Of a stretch of 64,000 bases of DNA, positions 57,266 to 64,000 are shown one piece after another; the stretch's first letter is position 1; each line of letters opens with the position of its first letter. The stretch spans positions 7,120-71,119 of the forward strand of contig CABXDM010000002.1 of assembly GCA_902510965.1 (NCBI GenBank), read 5' to 3'. Below the pieces are notes generated by a model. The model did no database searches and had not been told where the DNA came from. It saw nothing but the letters and a program-made list of their open reading frames with translations. This DNA comes from an uncultured Candidatus Actinomarina sp. GTDB lineage: Bacteria > Actinomycetota > Acidimicrobiia > Actinomarinales > Actinomarinaceae. Made by a program: the position numbers and the translations under genes.

Positions 57266-58355
57266 TTTGGTAAACCTTTTCTATCATTGGAAAAATTATT
57301 TCTGCACTAGATTTTTTAACCATTTGTTCAATATTAAACAATTTTGATTTTATTTTTTTGTTATCTCTTCTTAAATCTTCAATGGCTTCAATTAAAGAAG
57401 TCAACAGTTCTTCATTATTTTTAAATAAGTAACCACTATCTTTTGTAAGGTAGGTATTCATTGGAAGTACGTCTCTAGTTATACATACTTTTGAAAAACT
57501 CATTGCCTCAAGTAACACGAGTCCTAAACCCTCTGAAAATGAAGGAAAAACAAATAAATCGACAGAATCATAAAATATTTTTCTATTTGAAACATAGCCA
57601 AGATATTTAATTTTTTTATAACTTTCTTCATTTGAGATTGATTTTAAGTATTCAAGGTATGCTGGTTCTGAATATCCTCCTATTGTGAGTGTGAGGTTTG
57701 TAGTTTCAAGTTTATTAAAAGCTAAAAGTAATTCTTCAATGCCCTTATTTTTATTAAGCCTTCCTAGAAAGCCAATTGAAATATCTTCTCCAAATGTATT
57801 TGATGAATTTAAGTTGCTTTGATCAACCCAGTAAGGAATAGCTGTAGGTCTAATTTTTTTATTTAGATCAACAATCCAATCACTAACTGCATCTGAGATC
57901 GCTATGACTGCATCAGCTTTTTCCCAGTATCTAGCTAACAAGTGCATAAATCTTTTCTTTATAGTATTAGATATTTTTGTACTTTCTAAGTATGTATCGT
58001 ATTTACCATGAACACTAACTATCCATCTAAAAGAAGTATTAAATTTTCGAACGACGTATAACATAAAGTCACTTCTCGGTTGGTGAGAGTGAATAACCTG
58101 ATATTTATTTGTTTTAATGTGAGAATAAAGCCTGAAGTATGACGAGATATTGAACATTCTTGGCCCATTAAGCCTTTTAATTCGAATTTGTAAATTTTTG
58201 AATTCTTCTTCAAGAGACATTATATTCTCTCTGTCAGATCCAATTACGACTAATTCCACCTCATAGCTTTTGAGTGTTTGTTGATGTACTAAATCAAATA
58301 AATGTGTTTCTGCGCCTCCCCTATTAAGTGTATTTATTACATGACATACTTTCAT
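57258..58355 (-). CDS. Glycosyltransferase family 4
   Basis: GGAETH, GRL..NKG, FPSFSEGLGLVLLEAM; start MKVCHV at 58355. Confidence 0.92.
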   Translation of the reverse strand: MKVCHVINTLNRGGAETHLFDLVHQQTLKSYEVELVVIGSDRENIMSLEEEFKNLQIRIKRLNGPRMFNISSYFRLYSHIKTNKYQVIHSHQPRSDFMLYVVRKFNTSFRWIVSVHGKYDTYLESTKISNTIKKRFMHLLARYWEKADAVIAISDAVSDWIVDLNKKIRPTAIPYWVDQSNLNSSNTFGEDISIGFLGRLNKNKGIEELLLAFNKLETTNLTLTIGGYSEPAYLEYLKSISNEESYKKIKYLGYVSNRKIFYDSVDLFVFPSFSEGLGLVLLEAMSFSKVCITRDVLPMNTYLTKDSGYLFKNNEELLTSLIEAIEDLRRDNKKIKSKLFNIEQMVKKSSAEIIFPMIEKVYQSE

Positions 58356-58362
58356 AATCAAA

Positions 58363-59028
58363 TTAGATTCTAGGAGAAATCCATGTTGACTTTGGAGGAA
58401 ATAAATAATTCTCCTTATAAAATTCGACAAGCTGAATTGGTGTAAAGTTTATAATCAAATCATCGACGTTAACCATATCGTTAGGAATTGGAATAATGAA
58501 ATCGTGATTTATTAGTTTTCTTTTAAAATCATACAATTCATATATACTTTCTATTTTTATATTTGAATATTTACAATCTTCAATCTCTATAAAATATTTG
58601 GAAAAAGAAGATGGTTTAAAATTACTTGCAAAAAGATGATCTATAAATGTCTTTTTATCTACATTTATTTTGGAATTATATGATTGGACTGTAACATCTT
58701 GGTTCGAGATTAGAACTACAGGTATGGAATAGTCATAATTATATAGATTAAGGTGTTCAAACCGATGGTGTCCATCTAATAGTGTTAACTTCTTTATTTC
58801 TTTGGAACCATTTAAGATATTAGTAAGATCTCGATCTGCTACTGTGGAAAAAACTAGTGGTGGAAAAGATTTAACAGTCTCTAAATCTCTAACCTGTTCA
58901 AATTTGTCTTGAGTTTCTTCGTGTAATATTATCTCAACATCTTTTTCTGATGAGAAATTAATGGAAGTTATGATTCCACTGACCTCAGAATTTTTAAAGT
59001 TATATTTTTCAAAGTTATTGATTATCAT
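58363..59028 (-). CDS. ParB/Srx-fold protein, compact DUF1015/SerK-like (candidate free serine kinase)
   Basis: ILHEET, LLDGHHR and LFPPKSTW..P motifs; ATGA-coupled to serC. Confidence 0.7.
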   Translation of the reverse strand: MIINNFEKYNFKNSEVSGIITSINFSSEKDVEIILHEETQDKFEQVRDLETVKSFPPLVFSTVADRDLTNILNGSKEIKKLTLLDGHHRFEHLNLYNYDYSIPVVLISNQDVTVQSYNSKINVDKKTFIDHLFASNFKPSSFSKYFIEIEDCKYSNIKIESIYELYDFKRKLINHDFIIPIPNDMVNVDDLIINFTPIQLVEFYKENYLFPPKSTWISPRI

Positions 59029-60089
59029 AATTTTTGAAAAAAAGAATTCATGAATCCTAGTAAATAATCTAATGAAGGCCTGTCAATAGAGTTATATAAA
59101 CTAATCCTAACCCCACCCACACTACGATGGCCTTTTATGCCTATGATGCCATGGTCTAGAGATTCCTTAATAAAAGCTTGTTCATTCTTTTCATTATTAA
59201 AATTAAAAACAATATTCATCCGACTCCTTAAAGAATTTTCAACTGGCAAGGTAACGTAGTCATCGTATCTTTCAAGTAATGCATAGACATCAGATGAGTA
59301 CTCAATTGATTGCCTTTCAAAATAATTTATACCACCCATAGTTAACATCCAATCAGTAACAAGGTTTAAGACATATATTGCAAAAGTTGGTGGAGTATTT
59401 AAAAGAGAGTCTTTATTAATCAATTTATATAAATTAAGATACGTGGGATTATCATTTTTTTCGATAAAGTCATCCCTAACAACCGAAATAGTTACCCCAG
59501 GTATACCCAAGTTCTTTTGTGCGCCAGCATAAAGATACGCTACGTTATCCCAATCGAATATATAAGATCCTATATCAGAAGAGCTATCAATTATTAAATC
59601 ATTTTCTATCTTATTAAAGTTATTTATCTGAATTCCTTCAATTGTTTCATTTGAAGTAATATGCATATAATCAGTATTTTGAATGTCATCTGGCAGTGGT
59701 TGATTTAAGAACTCTAAGATTTGATTATTTTCTAATAAAATTTTTTTTGAATCTCTAATTTGAATAAAGTCTTCATAAGTTTTTTGACCCCAGGTTCCTG
59801 TAATCAAATTTGATGTTGATTTCTTTTGGTTTATGTTGTTTCCCAAAAAAGTATTTTGAAATGTTGCTCCTCCTTGAAGGAATAAAATCTGATAGTTTGA
59901 AGGTATCTTTAATAATTCTATTAAATTCTTTTTTGTTGTTTCTAGAATTTTTTCAAAACTATCGCTCCTATGAGAGATTTCTAAAATAGATATCCCTTCT
60001 TCTTGATATTCTATAATATTTTTATTAACTATCTCTAATACAGAATTATTTAATTTCGCCGGTCCCGGAGAGAAGTTATATTTGATCAT
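59025..60089 (-). CDS. serC: Phosphoserine aminotransferase
   Basis: NFSPGPA, EISHRS, QGGA, NETIEG, YAGAQKNLG, NTPP, RSRMN, KGHRSVGG.R.SLYN. Confidence 0.95.
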   Translation of the reverse strand: MIKYNFSPGPAKLNNSVLEIVNKNIIEYQEEGISILEISHRSDSFEKILETTKKNLIELLKIPSNYQILFLQGGATFQNTFLGNNINQKKSTSNLITGTWGQKTYEDFIQIRDSKKILLENNQILEFLNQPLPDDIQNTDYMHITSNETIEGIQINNFNKIENDLIIDSSSDIGSYIFDWDNVAYLYAGAQKNLGIPGVTISVVRDDFIEKNDNPTYLNLYKLINKDSLLNTPPTFAIYVLNLVTDWMLTMGGINYFERQSIEYSSDVYALLERYDDYVTLPVENSLRSRMNIVFNFNNEKNEQAFIKESLDHGIIGIKGHRSVGGVRISLYNSIDRPSLDYLLGFMNSFFQKL

Positions 60090-61417
60090 TATCCATTACT
60101 TTTATCTTTAAGAATCATGTTATACCCAGCACCAATAATTAGAGCAGAAAAAGTATTAAATTCTTCAATTGGAGTTATGGAAAAAAATAATAAAATGCAA
60201 AGAAATATATAAAAATTTAAATCTTTCTTCTCGGTAATCCAAAGATTCATAAAAATAACAAATAATACGGCTACAAATGGTGCACCTAGAGCCAGTGCAT
60301 TATTCACAAAAAGGTTCTGTACATTTGGAGAGTACTTTAATAATGAATAGTTTCCTGTACCGAAGTTCTTTGCTTCAAATCTTTTTAATAAATAGTTTGG
60401 TAGTGACCTATTAGTAAAATACATTTCTTGTTGGATTTCTTGAGAAAGATAATTACTAAAACCAGAATTTATATTTGTTATTCCCTGTGGAGATAAGGAC
60501 TTAAATGAAAAAATAAAATAGTCTACTACATTACTCCTATCGCTACCAATAGCAAGTGTTTCTCCAATATCAGAAAATATGACTGCCTCTATAGAAGAAG
60601 ACTTAATATTAGAAGTTATACAATCTTCACTTTGTGGATTTAGATCACATTCTTTAATTCCTATCAAAGAAAATAATAAAATAAGTAATATTGGATAGAT
60701 AGCTTGGTGGATTATTTTTCTTTTGAAATAATTGATTATCAAAACAAGTAAAAGAACGAAGCAATAAATCCTTACTAAATCACTACGCGTTAAGCCGATT
60801 GCTAAAGAAGTAACAATAACAGTAACAATGTTGAACTTTTCAGCACTAAATAGATACAGAAGATATAAGGGAAGCAACATAGAAGAAAGTAATACTGGTT
60901 CTCTGAATGAGCCCATTGCTCTATGGGGCTCATATTGCCAGAAAGTAGTTTGTAATGAATCTCCTAATAATCCCGTATTAGACCTATTTCTAATAACCTC
61001 AGGCAAGTCATAAATTTGTGCAAAGTAAACATATATTGCGTATATAGAGAAAATTAGAATAAGTTTTTGTAATAGATTTAAAAAATTCTCATTGCTGTTT
61101 GATTTAAAATATCCCATTGCAAAATGAATAACTACTAAAAAAGAGGCAATATTGAATAGCCTAAGTAGTAAGTTTTGATCAAATCCATCAATTCCTAATG
61201 GGATTAAGTCGATAAAAGATGGCGCTAAAAATAGAGCCAAAAGGAAGTACAAATTAAAGTTTAGGAGGATTTTATAATCTCTCATAATCGCAATAGTAAA
61301 AATTGCTACTAAACCTACCCAGGAAACAGGTATTCCCAACACAGAATAAGAATCTAAGCCATAACAAAATAGTGATAATAGTAATAATAAATCAGTTACT
61401 TTGTTTTTTGTTAGCAT
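60089..61417 (-). CDS. Wzy/O-antigen ligase-like polytopic membrane protein
   Basis: About 10 TM; RAMGSFREP, LTRS, QNLF...ALG; paralogous to 18432-19817. Confidence 0.72.
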   Translation of the reverse strand: MLTKNKVTDLLLLLSLFCYGLDSYSVLGIPVSWVGLVAIFTIAIMRDYKILLNFNLYFLLALFLAPSFIDLIPLGIDGFDQNLLLRLFNIASFLVVIHFAMGYFKSNSNENFLNLLQKLILIFSIYAIYVYFAQIYDLPEVIRNRSNTGLLGDSLQTTFWQYEPHRAMGSFREPVLLSSMLLPLYLLYLFSAEKFNIVTVIVTSLAIGLTRSDLVRIYCFVLLLVLIINYFKRKIIHQAIYPILLILLFSLIGIKECDLNPQSEDCITSNIKSSSIEAVIFSDIGETLAIGSDRSNVVDYFIFSFKSLSPQGITNINSGFSNYLSQEIQQEMYFTNRSLPNYLLKRFEAKNFGTGNYSLLKYSPNVQNLFVNNALALGAPFVAVLFVIFMNLWITEKKDLNFYIFLCILLFFSITPIEEFNTFSALIIGAGYNMILKDKSNG

Positions 61418-61466
61418 AAGGTAATCATAATTAAAGTTTTTTTAATTGAGGCAATCTTTATTTTTA

Positions 61467-62687
61467 TTAGGCTAATTTATTTTTATAAATAACATATTCA
61501 AATATTTTTTGCAGAATCATTGAGATACTCAAAGAGAGTGCAATGCCATTAAATCCATTTGCAGAACCTAGTAGAAATGATAATGAAATAAATGTGAACG
61601 AATACAGAATTTTTCCATATGTGTGGAACTTTATTAGTTTATTAAAAAGTAGATACTGCCTTATCCAGAAAGTGAGCAGGTAGCATATATAACCTATTAG
61701 AAGAATGAGCATCGGCTCATATGAAGGGTTAAATTCTTCTGAACCAATCAACTTTATGACAGTTCTACCTAAAACTACATAAAAAACAGTTACTGTAACA
61801 ACAAGTGGAAATAGGAATTTTTTTAAGAATGATTGGATGGGAAAACTATTGTCATGGCTCAACTTACTTTGTAACCATGGGTTAAAAATTGAAATTATAT
61901 AATTTATTGGCTCAATTAATCTTTTTGCAAATCTATATATTCCTACTGCTGAATAATCACTAATAATAGACACAACAATTACGTCAAAATGTTGAGGAAT
62001 AATACCAATAATTTGATTGAATCTTATATCTTTAAAAATCGGATAAATTGATTTAAGATAATTTTTAAAACCCTTGAAATTAAATTCATTTATTTTGAGA
62101 CTTTTTCTAACCAGTAAAATACTCGCTGTTCCGTAAAAAGTTGAATAAATAGTCTGCCCTAAAATATAGTTTTCCACAGTGGGTGAATTTGATATAAGCA
62201 CTACTATTGCCAGAAATCTTATACCTACTGATAAAGACTCTAAAATTGAGAATTTCCTTAATTTTCCCTGTTTAATCAACCAAGCTTTGGAACTCTCTGA
62301 AAATGTTTGAATTATCCGTGAAGCTAGAAATACAACTATATAAGAATCGAGAGTCTCAATACCAAAATAACTACTGATAGGTAAATTTAAGGTAATCATA
62401 CAGATCAAGAATGCAAAAAATCCAATCAGTAAGTCGAATAAATAAGAATAGCCTACTAGTGAGTCCTGCTTGATTGATACCAAGGTTACATCACTATTTT
62501 TAGAATGTAGAGCTCGGAAAACAAGAGTTGGTAGGGTTACCATTAGTGTTACAATTCCATAATTTTCTACACCTAATATTTTTACAACTAAGGAAACTTG
62601 TAATAAAGACACTAAAGCAATAAAAAACTGAGAAAGGACTAGCTCTTTAGTTTGACTCAGAATCTCTTTTATAAATGATATATTCAT
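61467..62687 (-). CDS. Wzx-type oligosaccharide flippase
   Basis: KILGVENYG, FD.I, AVGIYRFAKRL, about 12 TM; start must lie downstream of tRNA-Ala, at ATG 62687. Confidence 0.85.
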   Translation of the reverse strand: MNISFIKEILSQTKELVLSQFFIALVSLLQVSLVVKILGVENYGIVTLMVTLPTLVFRALHSKNSDVTLVSIKQDSLVGYSYLFDLLIGFFAFLICMITLNLPISSYFGIETLDSYIVVFLASRIIQTFSESSKAWLIKQGKLRKFSILESLSVGIRFLAIVVLISNSPTVENYILGQTIYSTFYGTASILLVRKSLKINEFNFKGFKNYLKSIYPIFKDIRFNQIIGIIPQHFDVIVVSIISDYSAVGIYRFAKRLIEPINYIISIFNPWLQSKLSHDNSFPIQSFLKKFLFPLVVTVTVFYVVLGRTVIKLIGSEEFNPSYEPMLILLIGYICYLLTFWIRQYLLFNKLIKFHTYGKILYSFTFISLSFLLGSANGFNGIALSLSISMILQKIFEYVIYKNKLA

Positions 62688-62696
62688 TATTGTAAG

Positions 62697-62769
62697 TGGA
62701 GCTGAGGGGATTTGAACCCCTGACCCCCTGCATGCCATGCAGGTGCTCTGCCAGCTGAGCTACAGCCCC
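62697..62769 (-). tRNA. tRNA-Ala (GGC); CCA not encoded
   Basis: GGGGCTGTAGCTCAGCTGGCAGAGCACCTGCATGGCATGCAGGGGGTCAGGGGTTCAAATCCCCTCAGCTCCA with G3:U70. Confidence 0.97.
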
Positions 62770-62783
62770 TAACAATTGGAATT

Positions 62784-63137
62784 TTAACCATATTGGTTCA
62801 CTAAATTACTATCAAAGTATAAATCTTCAATTGAATAGTAATCTCGTGCCTCTTCTGTAAAGATATGTAAAGATATGCCATTTGACTGTAATAGTATCCA
62901 TGATGAATTAATACCCTCAGAAAGTGCTTCTAACCCAAGAGATTTAATGTGCTTAATTATTTTTGTTAGTGCAGAATTCATTTGAGTATTAGAAGTTGCA
63001 GTGGAAATAATGACATGATCACTATAAATATCCAATTTAGGTTTATAAATTTTAATATCTTTAATATTTTGAATTAAAAGAATGTCAACTAGCGAATTAG
63101 TGAGGTTAGATTTATTTTCATTTATTTTTTTTGTCAC
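62784..63137 (-). CDS. rsfS: Ribosome silencing factor RsfS
   Basis: D.VIISTATS..Q, EG..SSWIL, HIFTEEARDYYSIEDLY; start GTG 63137 or ATG 63155. Confidence 0.88.
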   Translation of the reverse strand: MTKKINENKSNLTNSLVDILLIQNIKDIKIYKPKLDIYSDHVIISTATSNTQMNSALTKIIKHIKSLGLEALSEGINSSWILLQSNGISLHIFTEEARDYYSIEDLYFDSNLVNQYG

Positions 63138-63194
63138 TAATAAATATATTACCATGTAATAAATAATGGCACTATCCTTAATGTTGAGGCTAAC

Positions 63195-64000
63195 TTGAAA
63201 AAAATAATCATTATTGGCGCAGGAGAAGTTGGTAGTTTTTTAGCAACTAAACTTTCCGGCGAACAACATGACGTAACTCTAATAGAAGAAAATGTTAACA
63301 AAGTAGAAGAACTCAACTCTACATTAGACGCATTAGTCATTCAGGGAAATGGTGGAAGTCCTAGTTCGCTAATCCAAGGTGGTGCTGAAGAAGCTGATTT
63401 AATTATTGCGGTAACTGATAACGAAAATGTAAATATGTTAAGTTGCTATTTAGCAAAAAATATGGGGACTAAAAAATCTTTTGCTAGAGTGCAAGATAGT
63501 TCTATGAAAAATGAACTAGAAGAATTAAAAATTGACCAAATAATTGACCCTTCTGATTCTGCTTGTGACGAGATAGAAAAATTATTATCTAGAGCAGGTA
63601 TCTATGATATTCATGAATTTGGAGATGGTAAACTTCTATCAATCGGTGGAGTCATTTCGGAATCCTCTCCTTTATTGAATAGTAAACTCAGTAACATCCA
63701 TGAATTTGGTGGAAGAGAAAATTGGCTTGTAACTGCTTTTGTTCGAGATAATGAATCCAGCCTAGCTAATGGAGATACTGAACTCGCAGAAAATGATCAT
63801 GTTAAACTAATCGTTAAAAATGGTGATATTCAAACTGCATTGTCTCTTCTGGGAATTGAAGAAAAAAAAGAATTAAGAAAAGTTATCATAATTGGTGCCT
63901 CAAGAGCTGCAGAATTATTAGCACAGAGATTATATAAAAAATATGATGTTGTTGTCATTGATGACAACGAAAAAGATTGTAATAGGATAGCTGAAAATAA
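63195..64000 (+). CDS. trkA: Trk potassium uptake NAD-binding subunit TrkA (3'-partial; absent from the ORF track)
   Basis: GAGG SD then TTG; MKKIIIIGAGEVGSFLATKLSGEQHDVTLIE...QGNGGS...ADLIIAVTD.ENVN...ARV; second RCK_N begins KVIIIGAS. Confidence 0.93.
   Translation, partial: MKKIIIIGAGEVGSFLATKLSGEQHDVTLIEENVNKVEELNSTLDALVIQGNGGSPSSLIQGGAEEADLIIAVTDNENVNMLSCYLAKNMGTKKSFARVQDSSMKNELEELKIDQIIDPSDSACDEIEKLLSRAGIYDIHEFGDGKLLSIGGVISESSPLLNSKLSNIHEFGGRENWLVTAFVRDNESSLANGDTELAENDHVKLIVKNGDIQTALSLLGIEEKKELRKVIIIGASRAAELLAQRLYKKYDVVVIDDNEKDCNRIAEN

Noticed and set aside
812..61013. Other short ORFs nested in or antisense to called genes (e.g. 5439-5723, 8788-9159, 30139-30468, 38547-38864, 41004-41342, 52108-52488, 52618-52926)
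   Set aside because: All lie over well-supported genes, lack recognisable motifs and are expected shadow frames.
62688..62738. N-terminal extension MACRGSGVQIPSAPLTI of the flippase ORF
   Set aside because: It is a translation of tRNA-Ala; the real start is ATG 62687.
63149..63340. 63-aa minus-strand ORF
   Set aside because: Antisense to trkA, which the ORF track missed because it runs off the window.
1..64000. CRISPR array, tandem repeats or defence system
   Set aside because: No non-coding space for an array, no periodic repeats seen, and no cas, restriction or toxin-antitoxin genes recognised.

Overview
AT-rich (roughly 30% GC by eye), extremely gene-dense chromosomal segment. Core-gene order is actinobacterial (Nif3-zinc ribbon-RNase HI near rnpB; rsfS-tRNA-Ala...leuS-holA-rpsT-lepA-rsmE-HIT-phoH-ybeY-uppS-glyQS-dnaG-tRNA-Asn-tRNA-Ile) and an F420-type enzyme is present. 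This is consistent with a streamlined marine Acidimicrobiia/Ca. Actinomarinales-like genome, but the taxonomy is inference. Left to right: the end of a System I cytochrome c maturation operon, rnpB, an F420-dependent LLM oxidoreductase plus TSUP exporter, RNase HI/Nif3, an MMPL transporter, an M15 peptidase, ppc, a ~29.5 kb cell-surface glycan cluster ending at tRNA-Ile2, the dnaG-leuS housekeeping block, a second small glycan module with serC and a SerK/DUF1015-like gene behind tRNA-Ala, rsfS and a partial trkA. No CRISPR, integrase, transposase or rRNA was seen. Best leads: a compact SerK-like kinase coupled to serC; a Wzy/O-antigen-ligase protein carrying an apparently circularly permuted LamG-like insert; a near-universal leaderless promoter signature; glycan genes directly behind CCA-less tRNAs; an apparent ATT start for ppc; and a homopolymer frameshift in the CcmG/TlpA gene. 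Many start coordinates are corrected relative to the ORF track. All protein calls are by motif recognition, not database search.
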